NCBI GenBank assembly: GCA_052327205.1
Contig: CM126205.1
Coordinates: 119,350,001 to 119,414,000 of the forward strand
Origin: Somniosus microcephalus
Lineage: Eukaryota
Length of the DNA stretch: 64,000 nt
Direction of reading: 5' to 3'
Shown here one piece after another: positions 50,664 through 64,000 of the stretch. The stretch's first letter is position 1. Every line of letters starts with the position of its first letter. The position numbers and the translations under genes are program-made. The notes beneath the pieces are model-generated. The model was not told where the DNA came from, searched no databases, and worked only from the letters and a program-made list of their open reading frames with translations.

Positions 50664-53465
50664 CTCCAGTTTAAAATATATATAGGTTCTGAAGAATTTT
50701 GAAGGAAAACTCCAGAAAGCTGCAATGTGATTCTAATATTCAGATAATAATGCAGATATTTGGTGTTTTGATTCTTTCTCAGGATGTGGGTGTCGCTGTC
50801 AAGGCCGGTATTTATTGTCCCTCTCTAGTTGCCCTTCAGAAGGTGGTGCTGGGCTTTCTTCTTGCACCCCTGTGCTCCGTGTGTTGAAGGGACTCCCACA
50901 GTGGAGTTCCACGACTTTGACTCAGCGCGACGAAGGGATGGCGAGATATTCCCCTGTCAGAATGGCGAGTGACTTGAGGAAAGTTTGAGGTGATTGTGTT
51001 CCCATGCGGCTGCTGCGCTTGCCCTTTCCAGGTGATAGAGGTCGAGGGTTTGGGAGGTGCTGTCGAAGAAATCTTGGTGAGTTGCTGCAGTGCATCTTGT
51101 AGATTCTACGTACTGCAGCCACGGTACACCAGTGGTGGAGGGAGTGGATGTTTAAGATCGTGGATGGGGTGCCAATCAAGCGGGCTGCTTTGTCCTGGAT
51201 AGTGTCGAGCTTCTTGAGTTGGAGCTGCACTCATCCAGGCAAATGGAGCGTATTCCATCACACTTCTTACTTGTGCCTTGCAGATGGTGGAGATACATTT
51301 CGGGGCTGGAGGTCAGACACTCACTGCAGAATATCCAGCCTCTGACCTGCGCTTGTAGCCATGACATTTAAGTGACTGGTCCGGTTGAGTATCTGATCAA
51401 TGATGATCCTCAGCATGGTGATGGTGGAAGTTTCGACGTTAGTATGCCATTGAATGTCAAGGGGGGGTGGTTAGATTCTTGCTTGTTGGAGATAGTCATT
51501 GCCTGCCACAAATGTGGCGCGAATGTTACCTACCACTTAACAGCCCAAGCCTGAATGTCGTCCAGATCTTGCTGCATGCGGGCATGGACTTCTTCATTAT
51601 CTGAGGAGTTCTAAATCGCGCTGAACACTGTGTGGTTATCAACGAACATCCCCACTGCTGACCTAATAATGGAGGCAAGTTCATTGATGAAGCAGCTGAA
51701 CATAGCTGGGCCTAGCACACTGCCCTGAGGAACTCCTGCAGCGATGTCCTTGAAATGAGATCATTCGAGTCCAACTACCACAACCATTTTTCTTTTTGCC
51801 AGGTAGGACTCCAGCCAATAGAGAGAACACCCCCCTCCCCCCGTCGCCCCTGACGATCCGCATTGACCTCTGTCTTATTGTCTACATTACAACGGTGACT
51901 ACATTGCCTGAGTGCTTCATTGGCTTTAAAGCATTTTGTGACTTCCTGAGATGGTGAAGGTCGCTATGTTTATCTCCTTGGTGCCACATTCTGTCGAATG
52001 TACCATTGACATTAAGGGTATTCTCTCTCACTCTACCTCTGGAGTTCAACCTTTGTTTAATGTTGGACCAACAGTGTAATGAGGTCTGGAGCAAAGTGGT
52101 TCTGTCGGAACCCAAACCGTGCCTAGTTGAGCAGGTTACTGGTCAATAAGTACTGCTTGATAGCGCTGCTGACGATTCTTCCATTACTTTGTTGAGGATT
52201 GGGGAGTAGGTCTGTGCAGCAGTAATTGACCGGGGTGGATGTATTTTGTACACACGATATACCTGGGCTGTTTTGTACATTGTTGGGTAGCTGCCAATGG
52301 CGGAATTTAGGAATATACAGGACACTAGGAACAGGAGCAAACCATTCAGCCCCTTGAGCCTGGCCCGGCATCCAATCAGATCATGGCTGATCTGTATTTA
52401 AGCTCCATTTACCCGCCTTGTTTCTGTATCCCTTAATAACATTATCTAATAAAAATCTATCAATCTCGGTTTTGAAGTTTTCAATTGATCGAGCTTCAAC
52501 AGATTTTTGGGGAGAGAGTTCCTGATTTTCACTACCCTTTGTGTGAAGAAGTGTTTCCTGAATTCAACCGTTAATGGCCTCACTCTAATTGTTAGCTTCG
52601 GCCCCGTTTTTCTGGATTCTTCAGCAGAGGAAATTATTTCTTGCTAACTAGATTATTGAATCCTTTAATCATATTAAACACCCAAATTATTTCACTCCTT
52701 GCTCATCTATATGAAGTCTGTGCAATCTGTTCTCAATATTTGACACTTTTAACCCCGTATCATTCTGGCGAATGTGTGCTGCACCACCTCCAAGCACAAT
52801 CTATCCTTCCTGAGGTGCGGTGCCCAGAACTGGTCAGGGTCTAGGGACTGAATGGCCTGCTCCTGTTCTTATGTTGATATGCATGTGGTGCAGTGTTGTA
52901 GCTTCGCCAGCTTGGTGCCTTATGTTTAGATGATGCTTTTCGGCAGCCTTTTCAACAGTTCCCGTTGAACCAGGGTTGGTTACCTGACTTGATGGTGAAG
53001 GAGGAGTGAGGGGTATGCCGGGACTTGAGTTACAGATTGTGGTGGAATATAATTTTGCTTCTGCTGATGGCTCACAGCGCCTCATGTATGCCGAGCTTTG
53101 AGCTTCTACATCTGTTCTTGATCTATCCCACATAGCACGGTGGCACTGTCGTGCAAAACAATGAAGGGGGTCATCAGTGTGAAGACGGGACTTTGTCTCC
53201 ACGAGGACGGTGCAGTGGTCATTCCCACCAATGCTGTCATGGAAAGATACATCCGTGAAAGATAGCTTAGTGAGGACGAGGTCGAGTAGGTTATTCTCCC
53301 GTGTTGGCTCTCACCACAAGCACACTCTGGCAGATATGAGCTTCAGGACACAGTCAACTTGGCCAGTGGTGGTATAAACGAGCCACTCTTGATGATGGAC
53401 ATTCAAATCCCCTCACCCACAGTATATTCTGTGCCCTTGCTAACGCCAGTGCTTCTTCCGGTGAT

Positions 53466-55547
53466 ACAATAGCAAAATACGGCGGATGCTGTCTCCGACA
53501 ACTCCTCCTACCTCCACCTTGACCATGACCCCACTACCGAACATCAAACCACCGTTTGCAAGACTGTCACTGAACTCATCTACTCTGGAGATCCTCCCCC
53601 CCCCCACGGCCACCAAACTCATAGTTCCCCAACCCCGCACAGCCCGCCCCTACCTCCTTCCTAAGATCCACAAACAGGACTGCCCTGGTAGACCCATCGT
53701 TTGAGCCTGTTCTTGCCCCACGGATCTTTTCTCTTCCTATCTCGACTCTATGTTTGTTCCCCTTGTCCAGGCTCTTCCCACCTACATCTGCAACTCTTCT
53801 GACGCCCTCTGCCACTTTAACAGTTTCCAGTTTCCTGGCCCCAACCGCCTCCTTTTCACCATGGACGTACAATCCCTCTACACATCCATCCCCCACCAGG
53901 ATGGCCTGAGGGCGCTCCGCTTCTTCCTTGAACAGAGGCCCAACCAGTCCCCATCCATCACTTCCCTCCTCTGCCTGGCTGAACTTGTTCTCATATTGAA
54001 CAACTTTTCCTTTGACTCCACTCATTTCCTCCAAATTAAAGGTGTTGCTATGGGTACCCGCATGGGTCCTAGCTATGCCTGCCTTTTTGTGGGATATGCA
54101 GAACACTCTTTGATCCAGTCTTACTCGGGTCCCCTCCCTCACCTCTTTTTCTGGTGCATTGATGATTATATCACTGCCGTTTCCTGCTCTCGCCCTGAAA
54201 TAGGCAATTTCATTCACTTTGCCTCCAATTTCCACCCTTCCCTCACCTTCACATGGTCCATCTTCGACTCTTCCCTTCCCTTCCTCGACTTCTCCATCTC
54301 CATCTCTGGGGATAGGTTATTGACCAACATTCACTACAAGCCCACTGACTCCCACAGCTACCTGGACTACACTTCCTCCAACCCCGCCTCCTGTAAGGAC
54401 TCTATTCCATTCTCCCAGTGTCTCCATCTCCACCACATCTGCTCTGATGATGCCACCTTCCACACCATTGCTTCTGACATGTTTTCCTTTTTCCTCAACC
54501 GAGGATTCCCTTCTAAGGTGGTTGACATGGCCCTCGATCAGGTCCGTTCTATCTCCCGCACTTCAGCCCTCAACCCTGTCCCTCCCTCCTGGAACCACGA
54601 TAGGATTCCCCTTGTCCTCCACATTCAACGAATCATCCTCCACCATTTCCGCCAGCTCCAATATGATCCCACCACCAAATGCACCTTCGCCTCCCCTCTC
54701 CCTTCAGCATTCCACAGCGACTGCTCCCTCCTAGACACCCTAGTCTACTCTTCTATCACCCCCAACATCTCTTCCCCTTCGCCCGGCACCTTCCCGTGCA
54801 AGTGCAGGAGATGCAGCACCTGCCCATATACCTCCCCCCTTCCCATTCTCCAGTGCCCCAAACACCCCTTCCAGGTGAAACAGCGATTTACTTGTGCTTC
54901 TTGCAATCTAGTGTACTTTATTCATTGCTCACGATGTGGTCTCCTGCACATTGGGGAGAACAAACACATTTGGGTGACTGCTTTGCGGAATACCTCCGTT
55001 CAGTCTGTAAGGGTGACCCCGGTCATCCGGTCACCTGTCATTTGAATTCACCGTTCCATTCCAAATCAGACCTCACCGTCTGTGGCCTCTTGCATTGTTC
55101 CACGGAAGCTCACCGTAAACTCGAGGAACAGCACCTCATCTTCCCATTAGGCACTTTACAGCCTTCCAGACCCAATATCGAGTTTAACAACTTCAGATCA
55201 TAACCTCGGCCCCTATTATATTTTTTATCCACACTGTTGGCTTGTGACTTTTCCTTTTTTCTCTCTCTCTCCCACATGGCAGCTGTCTTTCACTCTGCCA
55301 GCGCATTGCACACTTCATTTAGAGCCATTTACCTATCCTATTACTATCTTGTCTCACCTTGAATATCTCTTAATGTCTCTTCTTTCATCCCCTCCCCCAT
55401 TTCCCAGCCCCCTCTGCCTTTTGTTTCATTTCCTGTCGTTTCTGTCAGTTCTGTAAAAGGGTTTCGACCCGAAACTTTGACTCTATTTCTCTCTCCACGG
55501 ATGTTACCCGGCCTGCTGAATTTTCCCAGCATTTTCTATTGTTATTT
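53466..55547 (+). mobile_element. 5'-truncated Penelope-like element (RT and GIY-YIG endonuclease), frameshifted
   Basis: YLLPKIHK..PGRPIV; TMDVQSLYTSIP; QIKGVAMGT; CIDD; NLVYFIHCSRCGLLHIGE; 13-bp TSD TTCTTCCRGTGAT at 53453-53465 and 55548-55560. Confidence 0.92.
55447..55482 (+). ncRNA. Degenerate minimal type I hammerhead ribozyme in the Penelope pseudo-LTR
   Basis: AGTT-CTGTAAA-A-GGGT TTCG ACCC-GAAAC-TTT-GACT. Helix II and GAAA are intact; the CUGANGA core has two changes. Confidence 0.6.
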
Positions 55548-56411
55548 TTCTTCCAGTGATGTTGAACATGGAGGAGCACCGATTCGTCAGCTGAGGGTGG
55601 GTGGTGGGTGGCAATTAGCAGGAGGTTGCATTGCCCATGTTTCAGCAGAAGGAATGCGCTGTCAAGGGATACAGCGATAACACCCTGACTGTATACCACT
55701 GTACCCAGATCTGTGGTGGGTCGGTCCTACTGGTGGGACAGGACATACCCAAGGATGGTGATGAAGGAGTTTTGGACCTTGGCTGAAAGGTATGCTTCTG
55801 AGAGAATGAGCAAGTCTGTGAGGCAGCTCTCCCAACTTTGGCACTGGTCCCCAGATGTTAGTGAGGAGGAATTTGCAGAGTGGGCCGGGCTGGGTGTGCC
55901 TTTGTTGTCTTCGAATTCAATGCTGAGGTCGCAGCCCAATGGTCCATCCGGTGATATTATTTTGTTTCTTTCCAATTGTTTGATACAACTGCCTGGGTTG
56001 CTAGGCCCCTTCAGAGGGCAGTTATGAGTCAACCACGTTGGTGTGGGATTAGTGTCACATGTAGGCCAGGCTGGGTAAGGAAAGCAGGTTACCTTCCCTA
56101 AAGGACATAAAGTTTCCCTTTAACACCATGTGACCTCGATTTTATCCATTCTATTGCACAAGGTAACATAAAGGTAAAATCGACTGCATTAACTTGTTTG
56201 TTCAATAATTGTAAGTAACATTTAGCTGATGTAACTAATATAAATGGGGATGTCACCAATCTAGTTTGTTCAGTGACTGTAACTAACATTAATGGTGATG
56301 TCATCTAATTTTGTCTCTTGGCATTTGACAACTGGTATAATAAGGAATCCTTTGAATGTCGAACAGAGCACGTGTGGGATCCCAAACAGACATTGCTGCT
56401 TCTCACAGAAA

Positions 56412-59400
56412 ATGCACTCCCTGCCTAGAGGCCTAGTATATGCCGTTTACTACACTGCCCTTGCAGCTATCACTGTTCCAGGTAAAGTACTGCAGTAAGT
56501 TATTCATTATCTAATTAAATGTTAGCCTTTATCTCAAGGGGGCTGGAATACTAAATCGCTGCTTAGCCTGCATCTGAAGAACTGTGGTCAGTTCTGGGCA
56601 CCGCAGCTCAGGAAGGATTTATTGGCCTTGGAGGGGGCACAGCCCAGATTCACCAGAATGATACCGGGCTGGGAGGGTTAAATTATGAGGACAGGTAGCA
56701 TAAATGTGGTTTGTATTCCTGAGTATAGAAAAGTAGTGCGTGTTTACGATGATGAAATGATTTGTTGGGGTAGATGGGGTCGATTTTCATTAAGCTGTCG
56801 GGAAGGAGGCAGGACTACAACTTTCGGGTTTTAGTCGTGCCTACATCGACGTCCGGCCAATCCACGCGATTTCCCCTTGATTGACCTTGTTGAGCCCGCC
56901 CAGCGGGCTCAGCAGGCCAATTAAGGGGGCAACAGGTGACGTCACAGACTGAAATTTCATCTGTCAAGAGGTCTTGACAGATAAAATATCAGTGTTTCAC
57001 AGCTTTTTGGAGCTGTCAAACACTGGCAGTCTGATTCTAACCTGAGTCCTTCGCCACAGACTCAGTTAGAACTCACACCGGCAATGAAAGCTGAAGGCTG
57101 TCACATTTGACAGCTTGCAGCCATTTTGCTTTCAGAGCAGGCTGAGTGATGGACTCCTGAAACCCAGAGGAAGAAAGGCTGTTATGGTAAGTACAGGTAA
57201 TTTAAACTTCTTTACACACTTTAGACACACCAAACACATTTACCTTTGCACTCATGCACCCATCACTCTCCTGAACACTGACATGACGACCCCTCCAAGT
57301 CCTTCAACCAGGCGGCCCATCTGCTCTAACCTGGCGTGGTTTGGAGCCGTCGGGAATCCCACAGGACACCCCTCAAAATAGGGATTAGGCTAAAAATTGC
57401 CTGTTAACTACCTGTTAACAGGCAGTTAATTGGCAGTAATCCCTTCCCGCCTCGGGTGGGTGGGTCCCATTGCGGGGCGGGTACCCGCCTCCTCTGAAAC
57501 TTACGTGGAAGCGGGTTTTGGGCGGGATAGTGTCGGGACCCCCGAATTCAGGATTTTTGCCCCCGCCTGCCTTAAAGCCCGCCTCACGGCACACTGAAAA
57601 TCTAGGCATTTTTTCCCTCTGGTGGGCAAGTCCAAAAGACGGCGCATGACCTTAAAATTAGAGCCAGGCCGTTCACTGTCGATATCAGGAAGCACTTCAA
57701 TTAGGCACTTTACAGCGTTCCGGACTAAACAATGAGTTCAGCAATTTCACAGCATAACCTCTGTCCCCATTTCTCGGACAGCAGGTGCTGATTCTGCTAT
57801 TGCCCTTTACTCCTCCTCTAGACACATCTTTTGTTTCTTTACTTGTCCCATTGCCAGCGCCTTTTGCTTTGCACCATCATCCCTTTTGTCATTAGATCTC
57901 TCCGGCATTCCATTCTATCACAGACCTTCCCTTTTGTTCTTTCCTCCTATCCCCACATCCCTGCCTTGGTACTTGCTTAAATCCTGTTAGGGGGTCACAT
58001 CATTACAAGACTCCACAATCTTTGTTTCATTGGTGGAATATTCATTTTCAATTTGTTTGGCATTTTATTCTATTTGTTACTGTGTTTATTGAGTGGTTTT
58101 AATTCATTATTTAAATCTATATGTATTACTTAATCATTCATTTTATTCAACATTACACATGCGATTCTATTAATTTGTTTGAAATTCCCATGTATTTTAA
58201 TGGTTGTTGTTTCACAATGAAATGAAGTATTACTTTTTATTCTCCCGTGGTCTCTATTGTGTCTCAGCTCCAGCTTGGATATTTATATCAGTTCTCATCA
58301 CTACAACTATGAAAGCTAAGACATAGGATCATAGCAGCAGGACTTGGCCATTAAACCCATCGAGCCTGTTCTGCCATACAATGAGATAATGTCTGATCTG
58401 TAGAAACTTCATAAAATTTCGCTCAATATATGACTTCTGCTAGGAGTCTATATTCTGTAACATTTCGTCTCCCTCTGTCTCTCTTTACAGTTAATTTAGT
58501 GGCGAATTTGATCCTGTCCCAAGGAAGGTGCGGTCTCTCCAGATGTGTCACTCGATAACTGGTGTCCATGGTGGGGACGTATCTCCTGGTCATTATCAGT
58601 GCTGTGATATTAAACCGGATTCCTAGTATTTATTTTCCAGGTAACTTCCTGGCCATCACTCCTTTAATTTATGCATCTAGAGACAGTTCTGTCTGGTTAA
58701 CGGTCGCTTTCACCTTTGATCGAATTGGGGCCATCTGTTGCCAGAAGCTGAAAACAAAATATTGCACCGAGAAAACGGCGGCCGTGGTTATAGGAACGTT
58801 CTCTGCGCTGGGCTGTTTAGTCAATATTCCCTGGTACTCTTTACACGAACCCATCATCATAATTGATAATATCCCGTGGAATTGTAGACTGAAGGAAATC
58901 CGTTATACTTCTCCGTTATGGGCAGCTTTTCAATGAAGTGACTGTATTTTAACCCCGGGTCTCCAGTTCCTCCTGATTCTTCTGCTCAAACCTCTCACCG
59001 TCAGACACATTCAAGCGGCCAGTAGAGCCCGCAGGAGACTCTGGGCCCACAGCAATGGAGAGAATCAGAATGTCCCAGAGATGGAGAGCCGGAGAAAGTC
59101 CATTGTCTTACTCTTCGCCATCTCGGGAAGTTTTATACTGTTGTGGATGGTGTATGTTGTACAGATCTTTTAAGATCAATTTACAAATGATTATAAAATC
59201 AATGGTTTCAGTGACCCCAAATTTATTCTCCGAGAAAGTGCAAATATGCTTCAGTTGTTGAGCTGCTGCACAAACACATTTATTTACTCCAAGACTCAGA
59301 GCAAATTCAGGGAAGAGTTCAAGAGTATGGTGAAATATCTGCTGAATCTAATAGGTAATTTAATTAAAGAAAGAAAAACATATGTTCCACCAATAAATAT

Positions 59401-59416
59401 GTATTATCAGAATTGA
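56412..59416 (+). pseudogene. GPR139-like class A GPCR pseudogene; exon 1 56412-56481, exon 2 58491-59416
   Basis: MHSLPRGLVYAVYYTALAAITVP|VNLVANLILSQGRCGLSRCVTR*..SVWLTVAFTFDRIGAICCQKLKTKYCTEKTAA..EMESRRKSIVLLFAISGSFILLW..SCCTNTFIY. Canonical GT/AG; in-frame stops at 58556, 58934 and 59171. Confidence 0.9.
56774..57606. mobile_element. Non-autonomous DNA transposon/MITE (Harbinger-like ends) in the GPCR intron
   Basis: Ends GTCGATTTTCA..TGAAAATCTAG; GC-rich partly inverted arms. Confidence 0.55.
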
Positions 59417-59599
59417 CCTAGCCTGCTTTAAATTTGGTGAAGCTATATTTTTCCACCGCTTGGAATGGATTGATGTAAACAGGAAACATTTCCCTTTTTG
59501 GTGGCGTACAAAAATCACCATTTATATTAATGTAAAGAAAAGTTTCAAACAATGGAATGAGTAGTGTGGTTTTTGTGCAATGGAGCAGGAGAACATAAA

Positions 59600-60350
59600 G
59601 CCCAATTTACTTACAGGTGATCTTCCTGTGCCAGAGACAAAAACATCCCAATTTACTGACAGGTGACCTTACTGCAGCAGAAAAACACACATCCCAATTT
59701 ACTGGCAGGTGATCTTCTTGTACCAGGGAGACAAACATCCCAATTTACTGACAGGTGACCTTTCTGTACCAGAGACACAAACATCCAAATTTACAGATAG
59801 GTGACCTTCCTGTACCAGGGACACAATCATCCCAATTTACAGATAGGTGACCTTCCTGTACCAGAGACACAAACATCCCAATTTACTGATAGGTGACCTT
59901 CCTGTACCAGAGACACAAACACCCCAATTTACTGACAGGTGACATTCCTGTACCAGAAACACAAACAGCCCAATTGATTGACAGGTGACATTCCTGTACC
60001 AGAAACACAAAGATCCCAATCTATTGACAGGTGACCTTCCTGTACCAGAGACACAAACATCCCAATTTACAGAGAGGTGACCTTCCTGCACCAGGGAGAA
60101 AAACATCCCAATTTACTGACAGGTGACCTTCCTATACCAGAGGCACAAACATCCCAATTTACTGACAGGTGACCTTCCTGTACCAGAGACACAAACATCC
60201 CAATTTACTGAGAGTTGGACTTCCAGTACCAGAGACACAACATCCCAATTTTCTGGCAGGTGTCCTTCCTGTACCAGAGAAACAAACATCCCAATCTACT
60301 GACAGGTATCCTAAGCTAGCAGTGACACAAACATTCTAATTTGCTGTCAA
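59600..60350. repeat. 46-bp minisatellite (ACAGGTGACCTTCCTGTACCAGAGACACAAACATCCCAATTTACTG)n, about 16 copies
   Basis: Read directly; ACAGG..CCTGT hairpin in most units. Confidence 0.95.
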
Positions 60351-60689
60351 TTGTCCTTGCTGTCCCAATGATACAGACATTACTAACCACTGACATGTGA
60401 GCATTAATTTCTCAGTGACAAGAGCTTTGCAGGTGTTGGGCCTTGATTTTCTCTGCTAGTTGGTAATCTTCGTGAGAGCATGAACTCAACGTCTATCACA
60501 GGTTGTTGCACGTCTCGCTCTACTATAATGTCGTTATTTAATTTTATTGCATTAGGTGGTAGCTGCTTATTAAATCTGGAATAAGTTTGTTAAATTTCTA
60601 TTGTTGTTTTAATCCTGTGCACCTTTTCTGGCATTGAGCAATCCATTGATCTGGGATCTCTGTGTGGCATCATCGTTCATGGTCCCTCT

Positions 60690-61195
60690 GACTGGGATTA
60701 GTTTGGGATTGACACCGCACTATCGGGAGAAAGTGTAACCATGGCGATACATCAGGATTGATCCAGGTCTTTGGGGAGAGTGTTGGGGAAGAGGGATGAG
60801 TTTGGGATTCATACAGGATTATGGGGTTGAAGCAGGACCTTGTGAATAGTTTGAGATTGAAAAACGGCTCTGTGGAGAGCTTGAAAGTTGAGATTGGTTT
60901 TGGATTGCTAAGGGGAGAGAGCATGGCAATGCGGTTCTGTCTGGATTGATATAGGGCCATGGGTAGAGAGTGGGGTAGTCGCATTAGTTTTGAGATTTAT
61001 ACAGGGCTGTGTGTAGAGTGCGCAAATGTGATTAATTTGGGATTGATACAGGACTATGGGGACAGAGTGGGCAGTAAAATTAGTTTGGAACTGCTACAGG
61101 GCTATAAGGAGAAAGCGGCACATTGAGGTTATGGTTACATTGATAGAGGGCTAGAGAGAGAACGGAACAATGGGAACTGTTTTGGATTGATCTAT
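60690..61195. repeat. Degenerate ~49-bp tandem repeat resembling the CR1 3' end
   Basis: Recurring GATTAGTTTGGGATTGATACAGGGCTATGGGGAGAGAG-like unit; compare CR1 44462-44505. Confidence 0.6.
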
Positions 61196-62020
61196 GACGA
61201 AAACTAATCTCACCGTTCGCTTTGGAATGTCCAGAGGTCCCAAAGCGCTTTATAGCCAATGAAGTACTAGTGAAGTACAGTCACTGTTGTAATAAAGGTA
61301 TTGCAGCAGACAATTTACGCAAATTAGTTGAAAGACACTGATTTAGGAATTTTGATAACTATGCCTGTCGCTTATATTAATTGAAACAATTGATCCTTTG
61401 CAAATATCCTCACAATAACAACCCGAAATCAGATTAGTATTAACAATGATACAGTACAAATATCAACAGGAATCACCAAACACAAGTCTGATTCTAATTC
61501 TACACAGGTCACTCACTGCCTGTCCACGAGTCAGTGCAATGCAGAGACAACATTGTATATAGTTAGAGTAACACATTGCGGATGTGGGGACAGAGATACT
61601 GATTTAAATGTAAACTGTTTAGGACATTGAGCTTGGGGAACTCTTTTTACACTAAGGATTGTGAGGCTGTGTGACTCCCTATCAGAGGTAGTGACTGAAG
61701 CAGAGACCGTGTTAATATTGAATAATAAATTAGAGGGGTGGTTGAAGGGAAGGGTTAAAGAGATAAGGGAACAGGGCGGGTACATGGTATTAGGATAAAC
61801 ACCACCAATGTACTAATGAATCCAAATAACCTATTTCACTGCCATAAACTCCATGGCCTAGAAATTCGTCTCGGTGGTGGCGCAAAACGGGCAGCAATGG
61901 ATTGTCTGCCTCAATTATGCCTCCATCTGCAAGTGGCAGCAACATGTTATTGGTCATTTCGAAAATAATTGTCTCCAACACAATCTTACATGAAAGATTA
62001 TGGAAGAAACAACTTTAAAA

Positions 62021-62205
62021 CGGCTAGCAATTCGTCTCGGGCATTGGTGCAATATGAGCGGTATCAGATCGGTTGCCCGCTAACATAGCGCCTGATATTC
62101 AGTTCTATTGCAGTCAATGAAATTGAATATCAGGCGCTGCATATAACGGGCGACTGATCCGACACCACTCGCTTTTCACCACCGCCTGAGACGAATTTCT
62201 AGGCC
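62021..62205. mobile_element. Palindromic MITE, same family as 50316-50663 (partial copy also at 61855-61910)
   Basis: CTAGCAATTCGTCTC..GAGACGAATTTCTAG; central GCGCCTGATATTCA..TGAATATCAGGCGC. Confidence 0.85.
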
Positions 62206-62326
62206 AAAGAATATAAAAGGATCCCAAGACTGGGAATTATCTGATACAAAGAGCATTGGGATGAAATTAGTCTTGGGCTGGAGCGCAAAATGGGCGGTAG
62301 TGTTTCTGCCGCCCATTTTTCCCCTG

Positions 62327-62925
62327 GGTAGACACTGGACAAGGGGAGAAAAAATAAAGTCGAGATAGGAAGAGATAAGTTCCATGGGGCAAGAACAGGC
62401 TGAAACGATGGGTCTACCAGGGCAGTCCTGTTTGTGAATTTTGGGAAGGAGGTAGAAGTGGGCTGTGCGAGGTTGGGGAACTTTGAGTTTGGCAGCCATG
62501 GAGGGAAGATCTCCAGAGGAGATGATGTCAGTGACAGTCTTGGAAATGGTGGCTTGATGTTCAGTAGTGGGGTCATGGTCCAGGTGGAGGTAAGAGGAGG
62601 TGTTGGAGAGTTGGTTTTCAGCCTCTGCTAGATAGAGGGTGGTTTGCCAAACAACAACAGCACCACCCTTGTCAGCAGGATTAAAGACAATGTTGGGGTT
62701 GTATCTGAGACAATGGAGTGCTGCAAGTTCAGAGGGAGGTAGACTGGAGTGAATGAGGAGAGCAGGGAAACTGAGACGGCCAATGCCACGCCGGCAGTGT
62801 GCAATTAAAAAATCTAGAGTGGTTAACCTGTTTCTCTCTCAACAGATGCTGCCTGACCTGATGAGTATTTCCAGAATTTTGTTTTTATTTCAGATTTCCA
62901 GCATCTGCAGTATTTTGCTGTTGTA
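62327..62925 (-). mobile_element. Penelope-like RT fragment with an adjacent oppositely oriented pseudo-LTR piece
   Basis: PQPRTAHFYLLPKIHKQDCPGRPIVSAC on the minus strand; 62820-62890 resembles 55480-55545. Confidence 0.8.
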
Positions 62926-62929
62926 TTTT

Positions 62930-64000
62930 TTAAATGTGATGAGCGTTTCTGCTTCTACCATCCATTCAGGCAGCACCCGGACCCCCCGCCATCCTCGGCA
63001 TGAATAAGGTTTGCTCAACTCCCCTCTAATTGTTCTAGGATTTACTTTAAATCATTGCCCACTGCTTATTGACCTCTCTGCTATGGTTAATAGGAGCTTC
63101 CTATCCACTAAATCTAGGCCATTCATACACGTCAATCAAGGCTCCCCTCAAACTCCTCTATTCCACAGAAAACAACCCCAGCCAATCCAATCTTTCCTCG
63201 TATCTAAAATTCTCCAGTCCTAACAACATCCATATAAATCTTACCTGTACCTTCTCTAGCGTAATCACAATATTCCTGTAATCGTGACCAGCACTGCAGG
63301 CAGTACTCTAGCTGTGACCTAACTAATGTTTTATACAGTTCCAGCATAAGCTCCCTGCTCTTTTTCTATGCCTCGGCTAATAGAGAAAAGTATCCCGTAA
63401 GAATTCGTAACCACCTTATCTACCTGTCCTGCTACCTTCAGGGATCAGTGGACATGCACTCCAACATAAGAACATAAGAAATAGGAGCAGGAGTAGGCCA
63501 TACGCCACCTCGGGCGTGCTCCGCCATTCAATAGGATCATGACTGGTCTGAAACTAGATTCACGTCCACTTCCCTGCCCTTTCCCCGTACCCCTAATTCC
63601 CTTATCAGCTAGGACAATGTCTATCTCCATTTTAAATTTATTTAATGTTGCAGCTTCCACAGCTCTCTGGGGTAGCAAATTCCATAGATTTACTACCCTC
63701 TGAGTGAAGAAGTTTCCCCTCATCTCAGTTTTGAAAGGGCAGCCCCTTATTCTAAGATTATGCCCCTAGTTCTAGTCTCACCCATCAGTGGAAACATCCT
63801 CACCACATCCACCCGATCAAGCCCCCTCACAAACTTATATGTTTCGATAAGATCGCCTCTCATTCTTCTGAACTCCAATGAGTAGAGTCCCAACCTACTC
63901 AACCTTTCCTCATACGTCAACCCCCTCATACCTGGAATCAACTGAGTGAACCTTCTCTGAACCGCCTCGAGAGCAAGTATATCTTTTCTTAAATATGGAA
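62930..64000 (-). mobile_element. Two CR1 3' fragments (about 62930-63460 and 63464-64000)
   Basis: YEERLSRLGLYSLEFRRMRGDLIETYK; CATAAGAA tail at 63464. Confidence 0.9.

Larger units (their letters stand above)
50780..56000 (-). mobile_element. Decayed CR1/L2-group LINE carrying nested SINE, CR1 (about 52310-52835) and Penelope insertions
   Basis: KKLDTIQDKAARLIG; endonuclease piece NLLLIATHHPPSADESVLLHVQHH resumes after the Penelope element. Confidence 0.8.

Noticed and set aside
53576-54235. 219-aa minus-strand ORF
   Set aside because: Antisense shadow of the Penelope RT.

Overview
Eukaryotic, repeat-dominated 64 kb region with one assembly gap, almost certainly from a cartilaginous fish (shark or ray). 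The basis is CR1 LINEs with an esterase ORF1, Deu-type SINEs, Penelope-like elements and two-exon GPR139-like GPCR genes. No intact host protein-coding gene is visible. Host relics: a T-cell-receptor V-segment pseudogene (promoter, leader, V exon, 23-RSS), a two-exon GPR139-like pseudogene, an orphan GPR139-like exon 1, and possibly two much older V relics. Mobile DNA: a recent Gypsy/Mag-type LTR element, nested CR1s, L2 and CR1/L2-group LINEs, a young RTEX-like LINE with an unbroken 658-codon ORF, a Penelope element with a decayed hammerhead ribozyme, MITEs and SINEs. There are about nine tandem arrays, several born inside LINE sequence. Most striking: (1) the RTEX-like LINE sits at the V coding-end/RSS-heptamer border, in the orientation expected if a RAG-type nick primed reverse transcription; (2) the Gypsy element has no tRNA primer-binding site, only a 14-nt sequence perfectly complementary to its own LTR across the AATAAA signal. 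All family assignments come from motif recognition, not database searches.
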